Below are positions 1-11,446 of a stretch of DNA of 64,000 nucleotides, piece by piece (positions within the stretch are counted from its first letter, which is position 1; each line of letters starts with the position of its first letter). The DNA is from Podarcis liolepis (taxonomy: Eukaryota). Under the pieces are notes generated by a model. That model was given only the letters and a program-made list of their open reading frames with translations. It did not search any database and was not told where the DNA came from. A program made the translations under genes and the position numbers. The stretch is taken from the NCBI GenBank assembly GCA_965112155.1, contig OZ218104.1; one strand, 5' to 3'.

Positions 1-1059
1 AAAGGAAGCCCCCTAATGTCTAGCATGGGCTCTGCCTCCCCCACTTTAGCCACCCCATCTGTGCTACATCTGTGCTGTTCAGTGATCCTTGGATACTCGA
101 CAGTCCCAGGACAGAAAAGCAAGACATGCTCATTCTTGAGCCCAACAAACACAAAAGGTGGAGGTAATGCAGCAGGGGCCATTTAATGGACCCTCATTTG
201 TTGAGGAAGCTTGATCTGTAAAGCATGAGACTCTTAACCCAGGGCCAAAAGATTTATGCATTGCAAAGGGTTGGACTAGATGACCCTCATGGTTCCTTTC
301 AACTCTACATTTCTCCGATTCCTTCCTAGTGAAGCACAGGGAAAGGCCTCTCCCTCTTTCCCCCTCACCTTAGACCACCTTAATTCCCAGCCACTGACTT
401 TCCCCATCACTTTCTCTTTCTTTCAAGACTGTCCCCTTTCCCAACATCACTTTCCATTTGCCAACACAGCCGATTTCTAGACTATCTGGGACAATATCAG
501 GGTGAGCACAAGGTAGATCCAAGTCTCTTGCACTCTCCAGATCTGGGTCCAACTCATGCTCCTTCAGCTCCAAGCACAGAGGAAGAAGCCGTGCTGAATA
601 TTCATCTGGTTATAAATCTAGAGGCCAAAACCAGAACAAGGGAGCTAGCCTGTTTCTGTAAATCCCCTCTGCCCCCATTTTTAAAGCCTGCTTGTGGCAA
701 TTCTTTCCTCACTTTCTGCTGGGGCACTTTTATATATATATTAAATTACAGCAGTGGACTCTTAATTTCATGAGCTGGTCAGGGTGAATCGGGGAATTGT
801 ACCATGAATGGGATGTGGTTGACTGTACATCAGATCTGGCTAAGCAGCAGCAACATCACCAAAGGTAAACGAACCAACCAAGAGGGTTGGTTCAGCTATT
901 TCCCTCTGTGCAGATACTTTTTACCCCTTTCAAAGTATCCACCCAATATTGACAAAATGGGGGCCCTTTTGATGCTGTTAGAAGAGGCACCCTGCCACAC
1001 ACTCACAGGTTTAGTCATAACCAAACCCATACCTGGCCAAAACAGGCTTACATTGGAAA

Positions 1060-1232
1060 AGGCAGAGGACACTGCCCCAGACCCAGCACTCCACCTAACT
1101 CAGCCTTGCCTAACACTGCTTGGCAGCAGCCTCCCACAACAAAGATCTTTCCTATTCTTATCTGGAGATGCCAACAGTTGAACCTGGGACCTTCTGCATG
1201 CCAAGCAGGTGCTCTACCACTCCGCTACAGCC
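1060..1232 (-). mobile_element. Squam3-like tRNA-derived SINE
   Basis: Minus strand GGCTGTAGCGGAGTGGTAGAGCACCTGCTTGGCATGCAGAAGGTCCCAGGTTCAA...GGCATCTCCAG; boundaries approximate. Confidence 0.7.
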
Positions 1233-2530
1233 TTTCTAGTGACACCAGAACCTGTGAGCATCAGTTTGACAACCTTTGGCCTTGCCAGATGGTTGTAGGA
1301 GAATTCAAGAGCAGACACCCTTGGTCTTTGCACACACCCTGCTTTCAAAACCCTCTAAGGCCCTCAATTACCAAAGTCCTCCACTACCATCCACAAAAAG
1401 GCTTCTTTTGCCCCTATATCCACTTAGCTACAGCTATTCCAGAGCAACAGCTGTCCACCTTCACCTTTCCATCACTGCCAATTCTGCTCCCTCCCACCCA
1501 CCTTCAAGGGAGAACCATGGCCACTGCTCTTACCAAAAGGTTCAAGCCCGGTCCTGAAGTGGCACTGAGAGCCGGTCAACAGCAGCCCAACCCTCGGCCT
1601 CTCAGATTACAGAGCTCCTAGCCCACTTCGGACGAGAGCGCAATCCTCTTCCTGAATATAACCAACCTGCCCATTCCTCTCCCAGTAGAGCCATGGAGGA
1701 AAGAGAGGCCGATAAGTCTGTGGCTGTGACTCAGCCTCTTGTTGGGGGGGATTGGGCCCTCCTGCCTGGTGTCATGCCTGCAGGTTGTCCGCTCCCTGCC
1801 CCTTGCACCCTCTCCTCCAGCTGCGCATTTGGGATCCACCTGGGAACATGAGAGGCTTCCGGGATTGTTCACGGGGGTGTTAACTGCTGCTTGTAAAGTC
1901 TTTCTTGAAGTAGCTGATACAAACAGATGGCAAACAGAAAATAACTGGAAAGACAAACAGACAGACAGACAGAGAGCTGTGAAGGAAGGATTCAGCACAG
2001 GACTAACAGTGCATTTTTTTGTCCGGAGGAGGTGGGTGCTCTCTAGGAACGGCAGCCTCCATTTCTTTGCCATGTGCAAGTGTGTCGGGGGGTGTGTGTA
2101 GTTTATACTAAGAACACTGTAGTTGCTAGATCCAGTTCAGGTTTTCACTCCTCCCTGACAATCATGGAGCAAGGGAATGGCCTCCCTCCTTGTGGCGGCA
2201 GCAGCAGCAACAACCACCGGTCTCTCTGCAGGCCAGGATGAAGGAAGGTGCAGGAGGGGAAAGGAAACCTGGGCAGGGCAGCAGATGGAAAAACAATGTG
2301 TATAAAAGAGGCTCCAAAACCAGTTCAGTGCCAGGCTGTGCCTGTGCAGGTTTGTTAGCAAAGGCATATAGATTAGTCTCCCTTATATCTAGACTCTGAC
2401 ACGATCTCCATAAAGTGGCTTTGCCTTTTGTGGTTCATTTACTTCTCTTCCATTTCCCCTGGTTTAGTCCTGACTCTGGTTGCTCTCCAGCCACCGGGTG
2501 GGCACTGAGCAGGCGCTGGGGAAGAGTCCA

Positions 2531-3294
2531 TCACAAAAACCGGGGCGCCGACCTGTCATTGGTGATGGTCCTGCGAAGGCGCACCCCACGCCGGATGGCC
2601 ACCAGCATGTCTTCTGCTGGAGGGTCGCTGGAGGCCGCCGGGGGAGGAGTGGGTGTCTCTTCCCCGGGACCGAGGGCAGAGACCCCCGTGGGGAAGGGAA
2701 ACTGGCCCTCGCCAAGGGCATGGGCACTGGCTACCAGCTCCCCAATCTTCTCCACCAGGCTGTGCCGGTTGGCTGCCAGCTGCTGCTCCTCCTCCTCGGT
2801 GGAGAGGTGCTTCCCGGCGTACACAGAGATCTCCATCACGTTGCTGCCCCAGGCGGTGTTTGGCAGGCTCAGCCTCTTGGGCGAGGCTTTGGCAAAGTCC
2901 ATGGCGCTTGGTGAGGCATCGTCAGTGTAGAACACACATTCCTCGCTGCCCACCCGGGTGGGGCCGGTGTACCCAGGGGAGTCAGGCACTGTTGGCGTCT
3001 TGACAGGGACGATGGGGGGTCTGATGGGAATGGGGCCGGCGTTGGAGAGGGTTCGGCGTACCGTGGGCTTGGTGGAAGGTGTGCGGCGGATGGTGGCCAC
3101 CCCTGGCGTAGCGCCGGTGGGCAGGGCAGTGCCGGTGGGCAGGCCAGCAGTAGAAGCAGGCCGCTTGGTCTGGATCATGCGCCGGTAATTCTGGGCGATG
3201 TTGCTGTTGCGAGGGATAGTTGAGGATTTGTCGAATTCGCTCTGGCTCTCCCCTTCCATGTCACCGTTCACGGAATAGCAGTCGTAATCTGATC
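2531..3294 (-). CDS. MTSS2: MTSS2 exon 15 coding part (GSDYDCYSVNGD...WH2 domain, stop TGA)
   Basis: Acceptor ccacag|; 764 nt to TGA; ends in WH2 motif EDMLVAIRRGVRLRRTITNDRSAPRFL. Confidence 0.97.
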
Positions 3295-3631
3295 CTGTGG
3301 AGGCGACAGAATGACAGGGTGGGTGTCAGCATTCTCAGCTGGCAGGTGCAGCACAGCCAAGCAGCCACTGCTGCACCCCATGTGCAACACTCTCCACTAT
3401 ATGAGATCTTTCATACGTATGTATTTTGATTTTGTGAATATATATAACCTGTGTCTATTTTAGTTGTAAGCTGCCTTGAATCCCATGCGGGGGGGGGAGG
3501 CAAGATATAGATAAATCTAATAACCATGTATGCCACCCTAAAAATATTGATTGTTAAACTGGGCAACCACATTAAGTAAAACGCCACCCCACCCCTTCCC
3601 TGGGTGCCAAGAAGCCCATTGGCAGAGATAC

Positions 3632-3797
3632 CTTGCGAGGGGATGGTGTCCTCAGAGCAGGAAGGAGTGGTGGTTTGTGTGCTGTAGCCACTGGAGTACT
3701 GCAGGGAGTCCCGGCTACTCTTCTGGTGCTCAAGACTCAGGCCTCGGGTCAGCACCATGGCCAGGTCACTTGCGGCTGGGGACACCTCCTCCCCATG
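3632..3797 (-). CDS. MTSS2: MTSS2 exon 14 (HGEEVSPAASDLAMVLTRGLSLEHQKSSRDSLQYSSGYSTQTTTPSCSEDTIPSQ)
   Basis: Acceptor catcag|, donor G|GTATCT; 166 nt. Confidence 0.96.
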
Positions 3798-4775
3798 CTG
3801 ATGGAGAAACAAAATGGGGTGGGGTGGGGAGTGAGAGGTGTGATGAGCTGGTCTCAAAGCAAATGGCACCCTGAGCTGCAGGAGATGACACCATGTGTGT
3901 GCCTGGGCCAGGCCACCTGCACCCAAAGGTCAGAAAACATTAATGGAAAGCAAGTGGAGATGGGGAGATAGGAGAATGATCAAGTTATCTCACTCCCCAA
4001 AACTATGTTGGCCATGAACACAACACCTGCAGTGAGCAAGCAGCTGGTGCCATGAGGGTGGTTAGCCTGGATCTCTCCCAGGCTAACATGCGTGCCCCAA
4101 TTCCACATGCACCCCATAAGCCCCTCATCATTTGCAGCTCTGCTCAAGACAGGATGTGCAAAGAATTCCCATTTCTTTTGTGTGTACTGGGGGGGGGGGC
4201 TGAAGTGAGGGGGCTTTGTGGGGCAGAGGGAAGGTGGAAGTGGGAGGAGGAAAGTGGCACCTAAAGGCAGTGGCCAGCCCTCCCATGGCTATTCCCCAGT
4301 GACTCACACACAGCAGCTGGTGAGAGTAGGCATCATGTCTGCCAGGGTCACTCAAGCAGGTCCCTCACCAAACATATGAAGTATAAGCAACAGACATGCA
4401 TCATTCAATTCCTCCAGGGCTCCAAAGCCGCATCAGGGCAAAGGGCTACACAGGAAGCTGCTGGCATGCTGGGCGTAGCAATTTTTCACAATTCATATGA
4501 GCAAAACCCATCAACTGCAAAACACTTCTCTGAGAGAACTTCCTCTGCTGCCCTGAAATTCCCTTCTGCGCTCAGCTCAAGAATGCTAGTTGCTATTTGG
4601 GTAAATCTCCTTCTGGAACAAGACATGCAGAGGAGGCCCGGGTCTTCTCCTCCAGGGAGTTGCCTCTCTCCTAGCTAAGGTTTGGGACAAGTAAGTGCTC
4701 CATCACCAAGGTACCAAACCTATTCCAAGTTCCTGTCCCCCCGGTCTCCCATTTTGACACTGAAGCTGGCTATAC

Positions 4776-4952
4776 CTTGGCAGCAATGGAGGCCGGGGAC
4801 ATGCGGGGCCTGGAGCCTTCCTCCAAGCTGATTCCTGGGTATACCAGGCTGGTGGAGCCCAGCTCAGCTTCACGGAGATGCTCTACGCGGTCCTTCCTTC
4901 GCTGCAGTGTGCTTGCCACCGGCTGTTCATAGAGGCTAGCCTTGGACCAATC
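4776..4952 (-). CDS. MTSS2: MTSS2 exon 13 (DWSKASLYEQPVASTLQRRKDRVE...RMSPASIAAK)
   Basis: Acceptor ttgcag|, donor AAG|GTATAG; 177 nt. Confidence 0.95.
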
Positions 4953-6767
4953 CTGCAAAATCCAAGAGGAGATGGGTAGGACGGCACAGCTGGGGCCCCA
5001 ACATCGGGCACAGCAGTGCAAAGTCAGGTGGGTATGGAATAGGGCAGAATGGGAGATGAGACTGGATGGAGAGGGACTGGGCAAGGGGGTGGGGAGAGAG
5101 GAATTGGCAAAAGGCCCACCCCAGGGCAAAGAGCAGGGGTTGTGGCAATCACAAAATGGCTCTGCCACCATTTTGCTCTGTTGGGCTGCTGACGGAGAAA
5201 TCCCCTCTTGGCTTAAAAAGGGTTTCAACAAAGACAGGAAAGGTGGAGGCACCAGGCCAGGAGGGTGCTTGCTTCCTTTTAAAAGTGTGGGCTGCTTCCC
5301 CAAGAGCTTGAAGCAGCTGACAGTCATGATACCAATATGTGTCCCCCATCCCAATTCTCTCACTCTCCTCAAACACATTTTCTGGAAAAAGTCAGGTGAA
5401 TGCATCTTCCCTCTTACAGAAAGTGCTATATAAATACTGAGTGTTCAAAACACAGCACATTCAGTTCTGCACAATCCATACAGTGGTCCTGAAAGGCAGA
5501 CTGCTGTCTAAAAGCACTCAGTGACCTCATGGCTGATCTGAGAATGGAAGGACTTCCAGGCAGGGGCTGTTCTCAGCCCCCCACCACCACTTCACTTCAC
5601 TCCACTCCACTCACACCAAACCCTACATGGTGTTTGTTTATGGGAAGCAGTTCATGCCCCAACTCATAGAGAGATGGCAGCACAGGGACATTGCAGAGAC
5701 TTGGGGGGGGCAGGTGGGTCAGCTGAGGGGAAATGGTTCATATTCTGCCATCCCAAAGCTGTCCTGGTGCAGGCTTCCTGTGTTCAGGAAGAAGGAAGCA
5801 GCACTTCCTGTTTCCAGAGCACTTTGATGTGCTCACAATGCCAGTGTGCAAGAGGAAAGAACGACTGCTTCAGACAGCCTGATGGGTTTGATCTGGGGCC
5901 ACATGGGAGCCTTTGCTACCTGCACCTAAAAATGCTGGGGTGGGAGCCTGGCTGGGTTCAACCATTGAGCATATTAAATGATGCAGAAAAAACCCCAAAC
6001 AGAACGCAACTTGTGCAGAGCAGAGGCTCTTGCTCCTGAGTGACCTCTGCAGCATCACCTCCATTGCTTTCCAGAGGGGAATCCCTAGGCTGCTGCTGGA
6101 AGAGTAGGCTTGGAGCTACATGTTTCCAGAGCCAACAGAGCCACAGAAGGCTCCTGTTCCAGCTCTGGAGCAGCTGACTCCCCTGGTCAAGATCTCGGAA
6201 ATGGACACACCACAATATACACACCAGGCTAAGGCTTCTTCTGGAGCTTCCTTCAGTCCTGGCCACATGAGCTACATTCAGGGGTTTCCACTGAAACACA
6301 GTAAGAAACCACGGTGAAGAGAACCCAGAGCACACGCATGACCGCTGCACACCCAGCCAACCTGCAGGGGGTGGGAAGGGGGCGGCCCGTGGCAACCGGC
6401 TGGGCAGAGCTGCAGAGGAAGCCAGAATCACACTGGAATCATCAAGCCAGGACCAAAAAAACAACAACCATCAAAAAGCCAAGAGCCAAAAGCCAGCCAA
6501 CAAGGTGGGACCGGGAACAGAAATGGTGGAGGAAGAAGAGGAGGAGCGGGAGACGGCAACCAGAGGAGCAGGAGGAGGTGTCCATTTCCCCAAAGGTTTG
6601 TGACATGCTAAAGCCCTGCAGTGCATCAGCCACTGGGTGGGGTGCGTATCCCTGGATCCTGGGTGTGTGATGGGTGGGGGTTGGTGGGTGGGTGGGAAGG
6701 ATGTTGCCGATTTGCGCGTCACCTTCCGGCCGCCTGACCATACCCCGGGGGCAGAGCTAGAACTGAC

Positions 6768-6842
6768 CGAGGTCGGGGAGTTGCATTCGCTAACAGACTG
6801 GCAGGTTTCTGAGGCCTCGGACGATGCGGAGCTGGAGGACTT
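6768..6842 (-). CDS. MTSS2: MTSS2 exon 12 (KSSSSASSEASETCQSVSECNSPTS)
   Basis: Acceptor tggcag|, donor TCG|GTCAGT; 75 nt; a possible downstream donor extends the exon to 6723. Confidence 0.92.
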
Positions 6843-6946
6843 CTGCCATGCCCAAAGTCCAAAGGTCAGCAGGAGCAAAACAGACATATGGGAGAGAAGG
6901 GAGAGAAGAGACCTGGTTAAGCAGCTGGTGGAGGGAAAGCAGCAGG

Positions 6947-6968
6947 CAGAGAGAGAGAGAGAGAGAGA
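6947..6968. repeat. (AG)n microsatellite upstream of the exon 12 acceptor
   Basis: Read directly. Confidence 0.85.
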
Positions 6969-8226
6969 CCCGAGGAGGCGGATGCAAGCGCAGGGCAGCC
7001 AGCCTTGACACTCAAGAGCCAGGTGTTAGATCACAGCAGGCAGTGCAAGCACCGGAGGAGCCACACACGCTCACGGGAAGCCCATGAGGGGCCTCACATG
7101 GATTTTGCACAGGCACTTCCAGGCCCTCTGCAATAACTCTTCAGCAGGGGAAGCGATGAGGAAGGAGCCAGGAGGAAGGAAGGCCACCTCCCTCTGCAAG
7201 GGCAAGAGGAAAGGGCCAGCTGCAGAAAGCAGAGAGGCAGGAAGAGAAAGCCTCCTCTCGCCCAGGGTGTGGAAACAAGGCACACCGGAGGCCAGAGGGA
7301 CGTCCCAAACTTCCTGCACCTTCCTCACAGGTGCACACTCGGCAGCTGTCCTCTTCCCGCAGGCCAGCCATTCTGCTTGCACCTCCATGAGACACTTTAC
7401 AAAAACACATTATTCATAAATATCTTAACTTGCTTTTCCTGGAGCCACCCTCAGCTCAGGGCGGCTTGATAAACCTCCGCTCTGCAAGTCTTGGATAAAA
7501 TCCCTCTGGACCAACTGTTGCAGAAGCCCCAGAGGAAGAGCTGCTGGCTCTTTACACTTAAAAGAAATGGGGACGTGAGAACCTTTGAATGGCTGTAACC
7601 CTCCACGGCTGTTGGATTCAGAAACCCATGCTTTAGTGCCACCTTCACAGGTCTGGAGCCCTCCAGATGTTCTGGGCTCTTAATTCGCACTGGAATGGCC
7701 TTGACACCTATGTAGGAGTTCTTCATCACCCCTGGAGAGCTGAGGATGTTAGTTCCTGGGGCTCCGCAACCACCGGATAGCCAAGGAGAGAAGCAGGCTT
7801 CCTTTCCTCACAGAGATTTCTGGGCCTACTCCCTTCCCAAGCAAAAAGGAGACGTGGCTGTCAATATCTCACCTGGAACCAGCTAAAATGGGGACTGGCA
7901 CACCCATCCATTGCACAGCCCATGTAGTGCTGGGAACTTACCCCACCTAAATAGTCAACCAGCCTGGTTTATAAAAAGGAAGGACTGAGGCCAGTTTAAT
8001 CTGATTAAACTGGAGGGGGTGGGGGATGGCAGCTCATTCAAGGGGTCTGTCACCTGTCCTGTGGCCACCAGCACCCTTGACTTCCCCTAAGTGGCTGTGC
8101 ATGCACAACCGGATTGGGCCTGCCTGCAGCAGAGTAACAGCAAGAAGAGTGTTGATAGCTGCCATGTTTGCCCAGGGCTTCCCCTTTTCATTCTGTGGCC
8201 TTTGGCGGCTGCCCCGCTGAGCTTAC

Positions 8227-8437
8227 CTGACTGGTGAGGTCCGAGGGCATTGGCGAAGGTGGCTTGGAGAACATGGCGTCCTGGGAGATGAAGCCAGAGT
8301 CATGCGATGAGACGCTGGACAGGCGGGTGTTGGCATTGACAGGCTGTGCCAGGCTGCGGTAGCGACATATGGAAGTTGGTGAGTATGTTTGAGAACCCGT
8401 GAGCCACGGGGGGCCACCCTGAGCACTGCTAGTGCCG
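8227..8437 (-). CDS. MTSS2: MTSS2 exon 11 (SGTSSAQGGPPWLTGSQTYSPTSICRYRSLAQP...SKPPSPMPSDLTSQ)
   Basis: Acceptor ctttag|, donor CAG|GTAAGC; 211 nt; an internal in-frame acceptor is also present at 8353. Confidence 0.9.
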
Positions 8438-9271
8438 CTAAAGGGTGGCAGGATGAGACGGCATGGCGGGCAGGAGGGGGGCAGGACAAGGCGCGCAGGA
8501 GAGACAAAGCACATCATCAAAGCGCATTGATGGGGTAGGAGTGAGAATAGCAGGGGGTGCAAAGGAAGGAAGAGAGAGTTTTGTTTTCATTTATTAAAAA
8601 AAAACCAGTCCAACCCACATAAACTGTGAGGAATTAAGTGGCATTACAGACAGGAAAGGTGCATATGGGGGAAAGTGACACATTCTTCTCTCCCAGCTAG
8701 GAGACAGCAGTGGTGCTGAGGGCCTGACAATGATCACACACACACACAATCCCAGGGTGTTTCTGCACTAGGCCCACTGCTCTGGAAGTGCCATGTTCCC
8801 CCACTTCTTAGTCCACATGGCATGCCAGAGTTTCCTGAGGGAGCCCGAGACACAGTTGCAGCATGAGCAGGCAACATGTGCTTAAAGCACCTCAGGGCTC
8901 CTGTGCCTTTAAACATGTCTCCTTTGCAAGTTCAGGTGACTGACTCCATTGCTTCATGTTGATCTAAATTAGGGGACTGTTGGTCAACAGAGCTTTGAAT
9001 TGCTAGTTTCTCTTCCCACAGTGATGGGGAGAGGTTTGCATTAGTTATTTGAACTTGGGATTTTTTTAACAGAATACCACAAAAAGCACTATTAAAAAAA
9101 GAAAGGAGTGGAAAAGAGTCACTCAAGAATTAAAGCACTTCACTCGCTATCTCCGTGGGATCATACAAGTGGCGAGAGGCCCACTTAGAGAAAGGCAGGT
9201 CATGCTATGCTCCCCTTGGCAGTCATGCCCTTGAGCTGTGAGATTCCTCCAGCTGCGCCAAACACACCTAC

Positions 9272-9369
9272 CTGCACATGCTGGATTTGCGGGACCCAGA
9301 GCTGCTGGGAGAGGACGGCGGGGTCTGGTAAGACCAGCTATAATCAGAGCCCTTCAAATCTTTGATCAC
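9272..9369 (-). CDS. MTSS2: MTSS2 exon 10 (VIKDLKGSDYSWSYQTPPSSPSSSGSRKSSMC)
   Basis: Acceptor ttgcag|, donor AG|GTAGGT; 98 nt. Confidence 0.96.
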
Positions 9370-10188
9370 CTGCAAAATATTTGGCATTAAAAGGTAGCTC
9401 CGTGACACGTACAAAACCTTCCAATTGTGTCTCATTTGTCCTCCCAATTAGAGCAGAGTCCAGGGGGTTACTCTGCTTTCTCAGAAAAGGAGGACATGTC
9501 ACCAGTGGCCACTCAACAATCCCACACAGGCAGGCACACATTCTGACAATGCCCCATTAAGACCACCTTTAGCTGCCTCGAGACCACTGGTCCATCTAAC
9601 CCCTTCAATTCCACCTTATAAGCCTGCACTTCTTTTCTTTGTCTAATTCTCAAAAGACATATGTTTGCACATAAGGCCCATAAGTCATTACTGGGTTTGG
9701 ATAAGCTCCTGTATCCATCACTGTGGGTGTGAAGGAATAATTAGTTTCCGTTATATAAAGGTATTTTGAACCTAGGAAGTATTTTCCAATTCCTTCCTTT
9801 CGGATTACCTCCTCCCTGGTTTCAGTTAGAGACTCTGCCACTGCTAGAAGTTTGATGCTAGGCTATCTGGGCACCTGTCACAATTAAATTCTGAAAGCTG
9901 GAGCTTGGGCTGGACTAGTTCCATATTTCCCAAACTGCATGATGCAATAAATTAACTGAGAATTTAATCAAGGGCCTTCTAGGGTTCTGATTTAGGGAAG
10001 CTGCTACTGTGTTCTCATTATTGTTGCTTTTAAATTGTTAATGTTTTATCTTTTGTACTGGAAGCCACTCTGAGAATTTGACTTGAAGACTCACATACAG
10101 ATTTGGTATATAAATCCAAATAACCCCCACATAGCTACACATCCTTTTCTAAAACCTCCCCAGCATTCCATCCCTTTGGCTCTCCCAC

Positions 10189-10296
10189 CTGTTCACTGGC
10201 CGATGGCAATTTGTGGGGGTCAGCTGTCAGGACCACCAGGTCGTCAATGATGCCCTGCAGGTGGGTGATCTCTCCCAGCATGGTGATCTCTCCATT
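10189..10296 (-). CDS. MTSS2: MTSS2 exon 9 (NGEITMLGEITHLQGIIDDLVVLTADPHKLPSASEQ)
   Basis: Acceptor ttgcag|, donor CAG|GTGGGA; 108 nt. Confidence 0.96.
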
Positions 10297-10335
10297 CTGC
10301 AAAAAAGACAAGAGGAGAGAATCGGGCAACTCAAT

Positions 10336-10395
10336 ATTCCTGCATTACAGTGGGCTGGACTAGATGACCCTTGTGGTCCCTTCCAATTCTATGAT
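10336..10395 (+). mobile_element. CR1-type 3' tail (a similar copy lies at about 255-320)
   Basis: gggctggactagatgacccttgtggtcccttccaattctatgat. Confidence 0.65.
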
Positions 10396-10714
10396 AAGTA
10401 TCCTTGCATCACAAATGGACCCCTTTGCAAGTGCTGGTTCTATCTGATGAAGGTTACGTGGGTTAACCTGGGCAGGGCCCAGCCATATGGTTCCCTAGCC
10501 TTGGAGATAGAAGTATGGATGAAGAGCCAAAGGCAACTTAGCAGTGCAGCCTGGGCAATACTACCACAAGCACAGTCCACCTCTGGGGCTGATGGGAGTT
10601 GTAGTCCAAAATAACTAGAAGGCACCAGGTTGAGAAAGGCTGATCTAATATGTAGTCATCAAGAACCACATACACAACCTTGAGCTCCTGGGAGGAAAAG
10701 GCGAGATAGAAATG

Positions 10715-10745
<31 letters not shown>
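10715..10745. repeat. (CAAT)n microsatellite at an L2-type tail
   Basis: Read directly; preceded by ggaggaaaaggcgagatagaaat. Confidence 0.9.
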
Positions 10746-11288
10746 CAGCATCTCAAGGGAAGGGCTTGACCAAAGTCTCATTCACTGTTGGCGCACACAG
10801 TCTCCTTAACCTTAACTTGGCAAGCCCACCTAAATCCACAATAAGCCTTGGAAAGGAATGTATAGATAAAGACAGGATGTAGATTAGCCATATGTACGGG
10901 GCAAGACCTTTTGAAACATTGCTTCAGGTGGGAGCAGAGGTGTGTGCAGGTGTGACAGACAGTGTTGGGTGCAATCCAACCCTGTTGACACCCCATAGTT
11001 CAGAGTAAGTCCAGGAGGAGCCGGAGTTTGTTTTTCTCTGCAAGCTGCCTAAATTTGCATCTATATGCATAAATCGCCACATACAAAATTGACGCACATT
11101 TTTCTCCAGTGGGCCCGTGCACCAAATATTTTAAGTACCTACCAATACCCGAGATGTATACTGTCACTATGGGAGGGGTGGGGGTGGCTGCCAGAATTTT
11201 GTTTGCAAATTAAAATACACTATACTCAACCCATGAAACAAATGTGGGCAGTTGAATATTGGGTAAGGTAGGGGTGGGGGGCACCTAC

Positions 11289-11446
11289 CACCACAGGTTG
11301 CAAATAAGCGATGAAGGTGCAGAACCGCCCTCGCTCCTCAATGAGTGCCTTGCGGACAGCCTGTTTCTCCGTTTCTTCCAAAAGAAGGTACATGTCATTG
11401 ACATCTTGGAGTGCATTGTCCAGTTGAGGCTGCAGGTCCCCTTTAC
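11289..11446 (-). CDS. MTSS2: MTSS2 exon 8 (GKGDLQPQLDNALQDVNDMYLLLEETEKQAVRKALIEERGRFCTFIAYLQPVV)
   Basis: Acceptor tttcag|, donor GTG|GTAGGT; 158 nt. Confidence 0.96.

Noticed and set aside
1160-1232. tRNA gene (also 57180-57243 and 48790-48835)
   Set aside because: The tRNA-like heads continue into SINE body sequence and lack a complete cloverleaf.
1-2530. MTSS2 polyA signal, and the IL34 gene expected downstream
   Set aside because: I found no AATAAA on the minus strand (only ATTAAA near 182, within or beside repeat sequence) and no IL34-like peptide; the 3' end cannot be placed.
2415-3188. Plus-strand ORFs over the last MTSS2 exon
   Set aside because: Antisense shadows of a GC-rich coding exon.
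3295-3631. U12-type intron (donor GTATCT)
   Set aside because: The U12 donor is GTATCCT; this reads GTATCTCT and I saw no TCCTTAAC branch site.
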